Notes under the pieces: model-generated
The model's input: the letters and a program-made list of their open reading frames with translations, nothing else
The model's database searches: none
Told to the model about the DNA's origin: nothing
Made by a program: the position numbers and the translations under genes
Part shown: positions 36,401 through 49,101 of the stretch, piece after piece
How positions within the stretch are numbered: the stretch's first letter is position 1
Layout of the letters: every line of letters begins with the position of its first letter
Assembly: GCA_032718475.1 (NCBI GenBank)
Contig: JAUCBJ010004655.1
Coordinates: 5,988 to 69,987 of the forward strand
Direction: 5' to 3'
Source of the DNA: Nemertoderma westbladi
Taxonomy: Eukaryota > Animalia > Xenacoelomorpha
DNA: 64,000 bases

Positions 36401-39400
36401 GGTACCATGTGGATTTAGTTGGATGAACGCTGTGGTACCATATGGATTTAGTTGGGTGAACACTGTGGTACCATGTGGATTTAGTTGGATGAACGCTTTG
36501 GTACCATGTGGATTTAGTTGGGTGAACACTATGGTACCATGTGGATTTAGTTCGGTGAGCACTGTGTTACCATGTTGATTTAGTTGGGTGAATGCTGTGG
36601 TACCATGTGGTTTTAGTTGGGTGAACACTATGGTACCATGTGGATTTAGTTGGGTGAAAGCTGTGGTACCATGTGGATTTAGTTTGGTGAACGCCGTGGT
36701 ACCATGTCAGTTAGTTGGATGAACGCTGTGGTACCATGTGGATTTAGTTGAGTGAACACTGTGGTGCCATGTGGATTTAGTTGGGTGAACGCCGTGGTAC
36801 CCTGTGGATTTAATTGGGTGAACGACGAACGCCGTGGTACCCTGTGGATTTAGTTGGGTGAACGCCGTGGTACCCTGTGGATTTAGTTGGGTGAAAGCTG
36901 TGGAACCATGTCAGTTAGTTGGGTGAACGCCGTGGTACCATTTCAGTTAGTTGGATGAAAGCTGTGGTACCCTGTGGATTTAGTTGGGTGAACGCCGTGG
37001 TACCCTGTGGATTTAGTTGGGTGAAAGCTGTGGAACCATGTCAGTTAGTTGGGTGAACGCCGTGGTACCATGTCAGTTAGTTGGATGAACGCTGTGGTAC
37101 CCTGTGGATTTAGTTGGGTGAACGCCGTGGTACCCTGTGGATTTAGTTGGGTGAACGCTGTGGAACCATGTCAATTAGTTGGATGAACGCCGTGGTACCA
37201 TGTCAGTTAGTTAGATGAACGCCGTGGTACCGTGTGGATTTAGTTGGGTGAACACTGTGTTACCATGTGGATTTAGTTGGGTGAACGCTGTGGTACCATG
37301 TGGATTTAGTTGGGTGAACACTGTGGTACTATGTGGATTTAGTTGGGTGAACACCGTGTTACCATGTTGATTTAGTTGGGTGAATGCTGTGGTACCATGT
37401 GGTTTTAGTTGGGTGAACACTGTGGTACCATGTGGATTTAGTTGGGTGAATGCTGTGGTACCATGTGGATTTAGTTAGGTGAACGCTGTGGTACCCTGTG
37501 AATTTAGTTGGGTGAAAGCTGTGGAACCATGACAGTTAGTTGGGTGAACGCCGTGGTACCCTGTGGATTTAGTTGGGTGAACACTGTAGTACCATGTGGA
37601 TTTAGTTGAGTGAATGCTGTGGTACCATGCGGATTTAGTTGGGTGAACGCTTTGGTACCATGTGGATTTAGTTCAGTGAACGCTATGGTACCTTGTGGAT
37701 TTAGTTGGGTGAAAGCTTTGGTACCATGTGGATTTAATTGAGTGAACACTGTGGTACCATGTGGATTTAGTTGGGTGAAAGCTGTGGTACCATGTGAATT
37801 TAGTTGGGTGAACGCTGTGGTACCATGTGGATTTAGTTGGGTGAACGCTGTTACCATGTGGATTTAGTTGGGTGAACGCTGTGGTACCATGTGGATTTAG
37901 TTGGGTGAAGACTGTTACCATGTGGATTTAGTTGGGTGAACGCTGTTGTACCTTGTGGATTTAGTTGGGTGAAAGCTGTGGTACCATGTCAGTTAGTTGG
38001 GTGAAAGCCGTGGTACCCTGTGGATTTAGTTGGGTGAACTCTGTGTTACCATGTGGATTTAGTTGGGTGAACGCTGTGGTACCATGTGGATTTAGTTGGG
38101 TGAACGCTGTTACCATGTGGATTTAGTTGGGTGAACGCTGTGGTACCATGTGGATTTAGTTGGGTGAACGCTGTTACCATGTGGATTTAGTTGGGTGAAC
38201 GCTGTGATACCTTGTGGATTTAGTTGGGTGAAAGCTGTGGTACCATGTCAGTTAGTTGGGTGAAAGCCGTGGTACCCTGTGGATTTAGTTGGGTGAACAC
38301 TGTGTTACCATGTGGATTTAGTTGGGTGAACGCTGTGGTACCCTGTGGATTTAGTTGGGTGAACACTGTGTTACCATGTGGATTTAGTTGGGTGAAAGCT
38401 TTGGTACCATGTGGATTTAGATGGGTGAACGCCGTGGTACCATGTGGATTTAGTTGAGTGAACACTGTGGTACCATGTGGATTTAGTTGGGGGAAAGCTT
38501 TGGTACCATGTGGATTTAGTTGGGTGAAAGCTTTGGTACCATGTGGATTTAGTTGGGTGAACACTGTGTTACCATGTGGATTTAGTTGGGTGAACACCAT
38601 GGTACCATGTGGATTTAGTTGGGTGAACACTGTGGTACCTTGTGGATTTAGTTGGGTGAACACTGTGGTACCATGTGGATTTAGTTGGGTGAACACTGTG
38701 GTACCTTGTGGATTTAGTTGGGTGAACACTGTGGTACCATATGGATTTAGTTGGGTGAACACTGTGGTAACTTGTGGATTTAGTTGGGTGAACACTATGG
38801 TACCATGTGGATTTAGTTGGGTGAACAATGTGATACCTTGTGGATTTAGTTGGGTGAACACTGTGGTACCATATGGATTTAGTTGGGTGAACACTGTGGT
38901 ACCTTGTGGATTTAATTGGGTGAACACTGTGGTACCATGTGGATTTAGTTGGGTGAAAGCTTTGGTACCATGTGGATTTAGTTGGGTGAACACTGTGGTA
39001 CCATGTGGATTTAGTTGGGTGATCACTGTGGTACCTTGTGGATTTAGTTGGGTGAACACTGTGGTACCTTGTGGATTTAGTTGGGTGAACACTATGGTAC
39101 CATGTGGATTTAGTTGGGTGAACACTGTGCTACCTTGTGGATTTAGTTGGGTGAACACTGTGGTACCATATGGATTTAGTTGGGTGAACACTGTGTTACC
39201 ATGTGGATTTAGTTGGGTGAAAGCTTTGGTACCATGTGGATTTAGATGGGTGAACGCCGTGGTACCATGTGGATTTAGTTGAGTGAACACTGTGGTACCA
39301 TGTGGATTTAGTTGGGTGAAAGCTTTGGTACCATGCGGATTTAGTTGGGTGAACACTGTGGTACCTTGTGGATTTAGTTGGGTGAACACTGTGGTGCCAT

Positions 39401-42400
39401 GTGGATTTAGTTGGGTGAACACTATGGTACCTTGTGGAGTTAGTTGGGTGAATACTGTGGTACCATGTCAGTTAGTTGGATGAACGCTGTGGTACCATAT
39501 GGATTTAGTTGGGTAAACACTGTGTTACCATTTGGATTTAGTTGGGTAAACACTGTGGTACCATGTGGATTTAGTTGGGTGAACACTATGGTACCTTGTG
39601 GAGTTAGTTGGGTGAATACTGTGGTACCATGTCAGTTAGTTGGATGAACGCTGTGGTACCATATGGATTTAGTTGGGTAAACACTGTGTTACCATTTGGA
39701 TTTAGTTGGGTAAACACTGTGGTACCATGTGGATTTAGTTGGGTGAACACTATGGTACCTTGTGGAGTTAGTTGGGTGAATACTGTGGTACCATGTCAGT
39801 TAGTTGGATGAACGCTGTGGTACCATATGGATTTAGTTGGGTAAACACTGTGTTACCATGTGGATTTAGTTGGGCGAACACTGTGTTACCATGTGGATTT
39901 AGTTGGGTGAATGCTGTGGTACCATGTGGATTTAGTTGGATCAACGCTGTGGTACCATGTGGATTTAGTTGGGTGAACACTATGGTACCATGTGGATTTA
40001 GTTGGGTGAACACTGTGGTACCATGGGGATTTAGTTGGATGAACGTTGTGGTACCATGTGGATTTAGTTGGGTGAACACTATGGTACCTTGTGGAGTTAG
40101 TTGGGTGAACACTATGGTACCATGGGGATTTAGTTGGGTGAACACTGTGGTACCATGTGGATTTAGTTGGATGAACGCTGTGGTACCATATGGATTTAGT
40201 TGGGTGAACACTGTGGTACCATGTGGATTTAGTTGGATGAACGCTTTGGTACCATGTGGATTTAGTTGGGTGAACACTATGGTACCATGTGGATTTAGTT
40301 CGGTGAGCACTGTGTTACCATGTTGATTTAGTTGGGTGAATGCTGTGGTACCATGTGGTTTTAGTTGGGTGAACACTATGGTACCATGTGGATTTAGTTG
40401 GGTGAAAGCTGTGGTACCATGTGGATTTAGTTTGGTGAACGCCGTGGTACCATGTCAGTTAGTTGGATGAACGCTGTGGTACCATGTGGATTTAGTTGAG
40501 TGAACACTGTGGTGCCATGTGGATTTAGTTGGGTGAACGCCGTGGTACCCTGTGGATTTAATTGGGTGAACGACGAACGCCGTGGTACCCTGTGGATTTA
40601 GTTGGGTGAACGCCGTGGTACCCTGTGGATTTAGTTGGGTGAAAGCTGTGGAACCATGTCAGTTAGTTGGGTGAACGCCGTGGTACCATTTCAGTTAGTT
40701 GGATGAAAGCTGTGGTACCCTGTGGATTTAGTTGGGTGAACGCCGTGGTACCCTGTGGATTTAGTTGGGTGAAAGCTGTGGAACCATGTCAGTTAGTTGG
40801 GTGAACGCCGTGGTACCATGTCAGTTAGTTGGATGAACGCTGTGGTACCCTGTGGATTTAGTTGGGTGAACGCCGTGGTACCCTGTGGATTTAGTTGGGT
40901 GAACGCTGTGGAACCATGTCAATTAGTTGGATGAACGCCGTGGTACCATGTCAGTTAGTTAGATGAACGCCGTGGTACCGTGTGGATTTAGTTGGGTGAA
41001 CACTGTGTTACCATGTGGATTTAGTTGGGTGAACGCTGTGGTACCATGTGGATTTAGTTGGGTGAACACTGTGGTACTATGTGGATTTAGTTGGGTGAAC
41101 ACCGTGTTACCATGTTGATTTAGTTGGGTGAATGCTGTGGTACCATGTGGTTTTAGTTGGGTGAACACTGTGGTACCATGTGGATTTAGTTGGGTGAATG
41201 CTGTGGTACCATGTGGATTTAGTTAGGTGAACGCTGTGGTACCCTGTGAATTTAGTTGGGTGAAAGCTGTGGAACCATGACAGTTAGTTGGGTGAACGCC
41301 GTGGTACCCTGTGGATTTAGTTGGGTGAACACTGTAGTACCATGTGGATTTAGTTGAGTGAATGCTGTGGTACCATGTGGATTTAGTTGGGTGAACGCTT
41401 TGGTACCATGTGGATTTAGTTCAGTGAACGCTATGGTACCTTGTGGATTTAGTTGGGTGAAAGCTTTGGTACCATGTGGATTTAATTGAGTGAACACTGT
41501 GGTACCATGTGGATTTAGTTGGGTGAAAGCTGTGGTACCATGTGAATTTAGTTGGGTGAACGCTGTGGTACCATGTGGATTTAGTTGGGTGAACGCTGTT
41601 ACCATGTGGATTTAGTTGGGTGAACGCTGTGGTACCATGTGGATTTAGTTGGGTGAAGACTGTTACCATGTGGATTTAGTTGGGTGAACGCTGTTGTACC
41701 TTGTGGATTTAGTTGGGTGAAAGCTGTGGTACCATGTCAGTTAGTTGGGTGAAAGCCGTGGTACCCTGTGGATTTAGTTGGGTGAACTCTGTGTTACCAT
41801 GTGGATTTAGTTGGGTGAACGCTGTGGTACCATGTGGATTTAGTTGGGTGAACGCTGTGGTACCATGTGGATTTAGTTGGGTGAACGCTGTTACCATGTG
41901 GATTTAGTTGGGTGAACGCTGTGGTACCATGTGGATTTAGTTGGGTGAACGCTGTGGTACCATATGGATTTAGTTGGGTGAACGCTGTGGTACCATGTGG
42001 ATTTAGTTGGGTGAACGCTGTTACCATGTGGATTTAGTTGGGTGAACGCTGTGGTACCATGTGGATTTAGTTGGGTGAACGCTGTTACCATGTGGATTTA
42101 GTTGGGTGAACGCTGTGATACCTTGTGGATTTAGTTGGGTGAAAGCTGTGGTACCATGTCAGTTAGTTGGGTGAAAGCCGTGGTACCCTGTGGATTTAGT
42201 TGGGTGAACACTGTGTTACCATGTGGATTTAGTTGGGTGAACGCTGTGGTACCCTGTGGATTTAGTTGGGTGAACACTGTGTTACCATGTGGATTTAGTT
42301 GGGTGAAAGCTTTGGTACCATGTGGATTTAGATGGGTGAACGCCGTGGTACCATGTGGATTTAGTTGAGTGAACACTGTGGTACCATGTGGATTTAGTTG

Positions 42401-44482
42401 GGGGAAAGCTTTGGTACCATGTGGATTTAGTTGGGTGAAAGCTTTGGTACCATGTGGATTTAGTTGGGTGAACACTGTGTTACCATGTGGATTTAGTTGG
42501 GTGAACACCATGGTACCATGTGGATTTAGTTGGGTGAACACTGTGGTACCTTGTGGATTTAGTTGGGTGAACACTGTGGTACCATGTGGATTTAGTTGGG
42601 TGAACACTGTGGTACCTTGTGGATTTAGTTGGGTGAACACTGTGGTACCATATGGATTTAGTTGGGTGAACACTGTGGTAACTTGTGGATTTAGTTGGGT
42701 GAACACTATGGTACCATGTGGATTTAGTTGGGTGAACAATGTGATACCTTGTGGATTTAGTTGGGTGAACACTGTGGTACCATATGGATTTAGTTGGGTG
42801 AACACTGTGGTACCTTGTGGATTTAATTGGGTGAACACTGTGGTACCATGTGGATTTAGTTGGGTGAAAGCTTTGGTACCATGTGGATTTAGTTGGGTGA
42901 ACACTGTGGTACCATGTGGATTTAGTTGGGTGATCACTGTGGTACCTTGTGGATTTAGTTGGGTGAACACTGTGGTACCTTGTGGATTTAGTTGGGTGAA
43001 CACTATGGTACCATGTGGATTTAGTTGGGTGAACACTGTGCTACCTTGTGGATTTAGTTGGGTGAACACTGTGGTACCATATGGATTTAGTTGGGTGAAC
43101 ACTGTGTTACCATGTGGATTTAGTTGGGTGAAAGCTTTGGTACCATGTGGATTTAGATGGGTGAACGCCGTGGTACCATGTGGATTTAGTTGAGTGAACA
43201 CTGTGGTACCATGTGGATTTAGTTGGGTGAAAGCTTTGGTACCATGCGGATTTAGTTGGGTGAACACTGTGGTACCTTGTGGATTTAGTTGGGTGAACAC
43301 TGTGGTGCCATGTGGATTTAGTTGGGTGAACACTATGGTACCTTGTGGAGTTAGTTGGGTGAATACTGTGGTACCATGTCAGTTAGTTGGATGAACGCTG
43401 TGGTACCATATGGATTTAGTTGGGTAAACACTGTGTTACCATTTGGATTTAGTTGGGTAAACACTGTGGTACCATGTGGATTTAGTTGGGTGAACACTAT
43501 GGTACCTTGTGGAGTTAGTTGGGTGAATACTGTGGTACCATGTCAGTTAGTTGGATGAACGCTGTGGTACCATATGGATTTAGTTGGGTAAACACTGTGT
43601 TACCATTTGGATTTAGTTGGGTAAACACTGTGGTACCATGTGGATTTAGTTGGGTGAACACTATGGTACCTTGTGGAGTTAGTTGGGTGAATACTGTGGT
43701 ACCATGTCAGTTAGTTGGATGAACGCTGTGGTACCATATGGATTTAGTTGGGTAAACACTGTGTTACCATGTGGATTTAGTTGGGTAAACACTGTGATAC
43801 CATGTGGATTTAGTTGGGTGAACACTGTGGTACCATGTGGATTTAGTTGGGTGAACACTATGGTACCTTGTGGAGTTAGTTGGGTGAATACTGTGGTACC
43901 ATGTCAGTTAGTTGGATGAACGCTGTGGTACCATATGGATTTAGTTGGGTAAACACTGTGTTACCATTTGGATTTAGTTGGGTAAACACTGTGGTACCAT
44001 GTGGATTTAGTTGGGTGAACACTATGGTACCTTGTGAAGTTAGTTGGGTGAATACTGTGGTACCGTGTCAGTTAGTTGGATGAACGCTGTGGTACCATAT
44101 GGATTTAGTTGGGTGAACACTGTGTTACCATGTGGATTTAGTTGGGTAAACACTATGGTACCTTGTGGAGTTAGTTGGGTGAATACTGTGGTACCATGTC
44201 AGTTAGTTGGATGAACGCTGTGGTACCATATGGATTTAGTTGGGTAAACACTGTGTTACCATTTGGATTTAGTTGGGTAAACACTGTGGTGCCATGTGGA
44301 TTTAGTTGGGTAAACACTATGGTACCTTGTGGAGTTAGTTGGGTGAATACTGTGGTACCATGTCAGTTAGTTGGATGAACGCAATGGTACCATATGGATT
44401 TAGTTGGGTAACCACTATGGTACCATGTGTATTTAGTTGGGTGAACGCTGTGGTAGCATGCGTGAGGTTATTTGGGTGAACA
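33497..44482. repeat. 11-kb 33-bp minisatellite derived from the exon 18 donor region
   Basis: Unit GTGGTACCATGTGGATTTAGTTGGGTGAACACT (32-nt variants occur), compared with junction TGGGCCGAACTCAGTGGTACCATGTGAG|GTTAGTT. Confidence 0.96.
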
Positions 44483-44542
44483 ATAGGTGGCATATCTTTC
44501 GCGGGTAGGACTACATAATTGTTTTGCATTGCATTTTTGTAG

Positions 44543-44648
44543 CCTGAAGATGAATGCGCTGATGATGCTGAGTGCCGACTAACCGGGAGCGGCGGAAGAG
44601 TTTGTCGATGTTTGTCGGGATTCAGTGGAAATGGAAAGAGCTGTACAA
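44543..44648 (+). CDS. Exon 19: EGF
   Basis: tttttgtag|CCT ... ACA A|gttagt; PEDECADDAECRLTGSGGRVCRCLSGFSGNGKSCT; phase 0-1. Confidence 0.9.
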
Positions 44649-44791
44649 GTTAGTCTTAGGAATTTATCAAGAAATTAAACTCAATATAAAATTTGTCTTA
44701 TTTTATTACCAACTTATCTCAATCCAACTGTAATTTAATTTAATTCACTATTCTAATTGTCCTACTTATTTAATCTCTGCTTATCTTGCAG

Positions 44792-44917
44792 ACATCAATG
44801 AATGTTTGGATGGCTCAGCGAGATGCGATGAGTCAAATGGTAATTGTATCGATACAGACGGGAGTTACGAATGCGAATGTCGGGAAGGTTACACTGGTAG
44901 TGGGTTTAATTGCGAAC
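44792..44917 (+). CDS. Exon 20: cbEGF
   Basis: cttgcag|AC ATC AAT GAA TGT ... GAA C|gtaagt; INECLDGSARCDESNGNCIDTDGSYECECREGYTGSGFNCE. Confidence 0.94.
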
Positions 44918-45192
44918 GTAAGTAATACTGTAATTGTTCGAAATATTAAAAGCTTGTGGATTGTTTGTGAGACATTAAACCGAACCGAATCAATTAGTTA
45001 CATTATTAATGTATTTACGTTCCCTTTAACTTGCGACCGTCGGTATTGTTACATTGATTATGAGGAAGGGTGTGTTTGATTCAGATATTATGTGATGTAA
45101 ATTGTGTAGGATTTAGACTCTAAGGTATGAAGAATGTCTCACTTTGTCCTTTTATGACGCCACAATCTTGTATATATTATATTATATTATAG

Positions 45193-45420
45193 CGATGTGC
45201 CGACCTGGAGTTTGTCGTCATAAACAGACATGCTCTGTCGTAAACAACGCGGCAGTTTGTGAGTGTGTCTGTCAGGACCCGCATTGTGAACCTCTACCAG
45301 GGGAAGTCTGTGGGTCTGACGGTAACACGTATCCTAGCAACGCAGACCTCTTCGAAACATCGTGTCGATTGCCCTCGGAGGAACCAAGATTGACAGTCAG
45401 TTACTTCGGAGCCTGCGAAG
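45193..45420 (+). CDS. Exon 21: follistatin-N and Kazal domain
   Basis: ttatag|CG ATG TGC ... GAA G|gtgagt; ...EVCGSDGNTYPSN...SC...YFGACE; phase 1-1. Confidence 0.92.
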
Positions 45421-45679
45421 GTGAGTGACTCATTAATTATGTTTCTGTAATCATAATTGAACAGTCTGATCCTCTTTGTCTGTCAACAGCCTTTCTAAAC
45501 ACCATCCCCATGGCTCCCCTGTCACCAGCCAACCAAATACTATCCTTGATCTTTGACTGCCCATCACCAGACTACCAAATACCATTTTTTGCTGTGACAC
45601 CTCTAGATGGCTCCCGTATATATTACTGTAAGCATATGCCTACAATTTACTAAACAATACATTCGTTAATTAACAACAG

Positions 45680-45895
45680 ATGAGTGTGATGGAGTTACGT
45701 GCCGAGATGGGACTAGCTGTGAGGTTGTGGATGGATTAGCGAACTGCGTATGCGATCCTTGTACACCCGAGTCGTACGACAGCGGACTTGTATGCGCGCA
45801 GCACCATCAGTTCGAATCGGAATGCGGTCTACATATATACAACTGTGCGAGCAGTAGTCAGCTCGTTGTCACTAATCCAGGGCCTTGCCCGCAAC
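45680..45895 (+). CDS. Exon 22: follistatin-N and Kazal domain
   Basis: caacag|AT GAG TGT ... CAA C|gttagt; DECDGVTCRDGTSCEVVDGLANCVCDPC...LVCAQHHQFESECGL...NPGPCPQ, 10 Cys. Confidence 0.88.
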
Positions 45896-46146
45896 GTTAG
45901 TCATAATTTATATATAAACTTTTTTTCACTAATTTAATTTCATTGTCTCAGATATAAACTAAAAAAATTATAAATTGTAATATTACCACTAATCTTTATT
46001 GTAAAGTAAAAGTAACTGTTGATGACTGTTGTGTTGTAGATGATCTCCATATACAATACATTGAAAAATATATCGTAGTAAGTAGATGCTCTTTATTCAT
46101 ACTGTACCATGACCACGGTAGACTCCAACTCGATACATTCCTATAG

Positions 46147-46317
46147 ATTGTAGATACTCCGCGTACACTGAGTGGTTGCCATGCAGTGTAACCTGTGGGG
46201 TAGGCGAAGAGATCCGCACGAGAGCCATAAAGGCGCATCATGTTGGAGGAGGGACACCCTGCGATCTGGATAGTCTAGTCGAATCCCGTCCATGCGTTCA
46301 ACCGGTCTGTCCAGAAT
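46147..46317 (+). CDS. Exon 23: TSP1 (spondin-type) domain
   Basis: cctatag|AT TGT ... GAA T|gtaagt; CRYSAYTEWLPCSVTCGVGEEIRTR...GGTPC...ESRPC; the acceptor position is slightly uncertain. Confidence 0.85.
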
Positions 46318-47754
46318 GTAAGTTGTTTGGTTTATGTTATGAACAGTTTACGTCCCTATACAACAATACTATACAGTATGTTATTTATATAGCACAATAT
46401 ATTAATTTTATCCCCGTACCCTTAATAATAATTTGAACAACTTCTAAGTACAGTTTCATTATCGAAAGTTTTTTTTGTAAATTACGATTTGATTACAATA
46501 ATTATTATAAATATATTTAAAACAATAATTTATTAAGTTTAAGATATAAAATAAATAACAATTACTGTAGGCCAAGTTCAAGCAAACAATCAACAGATCC
46601 GACGAAATACTGTATTGTCAGTTAGAAGGCGCTATATACGGTACACTATACGGTACCCCCCGGGATATAGTGTGTATCAGTGATATGGATGTGAACGAAG
46701 AACACAACACCCCCCCCCCCCTTATCCCCAAATTTGTTAGCAATTTGGAAACAGATAGTTTCACCTCTCTCCACCTTATAGTAGGGTGAGCAGAATCTTT
46801 ATTTTTGCTTTCAATCTTTAGCTACAAATGTTTGAAAAGGTGTCTCGATATTGTGCACCGATATTGCATCAGTTACACCGCAGTTCGATTATTCTTTGTT
46901 GATACAGATGGAAAACAGGCCCCATGCGGAGGCGCGATGATTCCAAATATGTAGAATTTGGTAGGGAAATAGGCCAAACAGTACGGTAGCTTGTTATGGG
47001 GCGTTCTAATGTAATGTTGGACATTTTGCACCCCCTGGAAACGGTTTATTTGAGTTAATAATTTATCCACATTCTGTTTCTCTTACCTGGGCAACAGGTG
47101 CCATACCTAGGCCATGTACTGTATACTAATACTAGTACTGTACGTAGCTGTTTTCACACAATTAACTAGAATTATTATGTGTATATATTTATTAGAATAA
47201 ACTAGCCTCGCACAGATGAGAAACCATGTAATTTTTGAACGCTCATATCTCAGATATTTCGCAACGAAATTCAGGATCCATATTTGGAATCCATGGCACG
47301 ATTTGCAACGTCATCTTTCCATCGGTACCAGCGAATCAATATACGATTAAAGGGTGGATGCACCTGCAGTTTCACTGAAGCAATATCGACTTCGACGGTG
47401 ACGGATACACCTTTTTCAAACGTTTGTAATCAAAGATTAAAACCAAAATAACAATTCTGACTCGCCCAGGATGGAGGTCAAACTAACTCCGTTCAAAATC
47501 AATGCAATTTAATTAGATTTTAAGGGAAATTGGGAGGGGGGGGGGGGGGGGGGGGGGGGTGGATGGGTGGTATGGTGGTGTGTGTCCATCTCACTGAATT
47601 ATGATACAGAGATATGATTCATGATAATTAATTAACAAGGTAGGACTGGTAAGTCATTTGATAAAATTATCAATTTGTGAACTCATTTTAACTAAAATAT
47701 CTATATTTGTAGGGCCTACTGTACTAACTATTTAAAACCCATTTATTTTCCCAG

Positions 47755-47974
47755 CCGTTTGCGCCGATGAAGTTTGTGGAGTGGGTGAGGAGTGCGTCGT
47801 TGGGGCGGGTGGAGTAGCGAGCTGTGAGTGTCTGTCTTGCGGCGGCGTTCCAAACGAAACCAGTGTGCGGAACCGATGGGAACAATTACCCCAATCAGTG
47901 CCATCTATGGCGTCACGCCTGTCGGTCGAACAACGTCGATATCAAAGTACTGAAGGATGGCAACTGCGATGATG
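47755..47974 (+). CDS. Exon 24: follistatin-N and Kazal domain with +1 frameshift at ~47851-47860
   Basis: ttttcccag|CC GTT TGC...SCECLSCGGVPNE, then in the shifted frame PVCGTDGNNYPNQCHLWRHAC...DGNCDD G|gttcgt; 220 nt where 219 is needed. Confidence 0.85.
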
Positions 47975-49101
47975 GTTCGTAGTAATGAATTACTAACTTA
48001 ATTACGTTACTACTTACTAGTTGATTACAATTACGGCGTTCTAGAACTACTATTAGTTCTAGAACGCCTTGATTACAATGATATACAGTAAAGTGGTGGT
48101 GTTCCTGTAGGTGTACATGAATTTCGATTGGTAACTTCCAGGTGGGAGATTCATTGCGTTGTACGAATCGCCAAGGAGAATCTATATTTTATCTGTTTAG
48201 GTCAGAAAAGTGTTTTATCTTCACACTATACAGTTAATTATACAGTATACAGTGATACGGTATAATACATAATAATATAAAAAAACAGCCAATTTCTCGT
48301 AAAACCTCCAGTGCATCTCGTGACAAATTAACCAGAAATTAATTTGAGAATCTACAGAACTGGCAGTTTTCTGTCATTAATTAACTGGCGGTTATATATC
48401 CTTTGATGAAGGGTATACAATATTTTAGTTAATTTATACTGGTGGACCAATTTGAAAAAGGGCACTTTTTATATATATGGATATTTTATTTAGAAATTAA
48501 AATATAGCCAATTAAAAAATTAACAGTTAATTAATATATTAACTGCCGGTAATTAAAATAGTAAAATAGATTAGCCGCAAAACTATACTATTGTAAGGAA
48601 TATTATTAACAACACAGTTACAATACTAATTAATACAATTGAGTAATACGGCCATAACGCAAACCACAGAAAAATAATAATATATTGCATTGTTGTGTAA
48701 TCATTATTAGAAGGAAGTATGCGCTCCCTGGGAGGATTGGGTGTCGTTAGTTCTAAACCGGATACGTCATTAGTTATAATCAAAGCATCAGTAGTTCTAA
48801 TTGTGAAAGTCTTTGTTCCAATTGATTAGCACACAAAATTTAAATATTAATCCCCCCTCCCCCTCCTCCGCCTGTTCCTTCTTAATTCCCAATTAAAAAT
48901 CACTTCCCAAGACATTTAAGGTGTGTGTACCCCCACCCCCCCCCCCCCCCCCCCCCCATGAACACTATTTTCAATGAAACAAATTTTCTTCGAATTACGG
49001 GGTGAGCTCCACAAAAGTCTGTGGTCTGGTTGGTTAATCATTTCTGGCACGAAAGAAGCACATCACATCACTTATAATAAGTTTTAAGTGTATCCCACCC
49101 A

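Noticed and set aside
33444-44529. Long ORFs (VVPCGFSWVN)n and (FTQLNPHGTT)n
   Set aside because: These are artefacts of a 33-bp repeat, with frequent 32-nt frameshifting variants and stops.
46040-46146. Possible extra mini-exon or upstream acceptor giving PIDC before the TSP1 domain
   Set aside because: It needs a 44-nt intron and encodes no recognisable motif; the acceptor at 46147 already keeps the frame.
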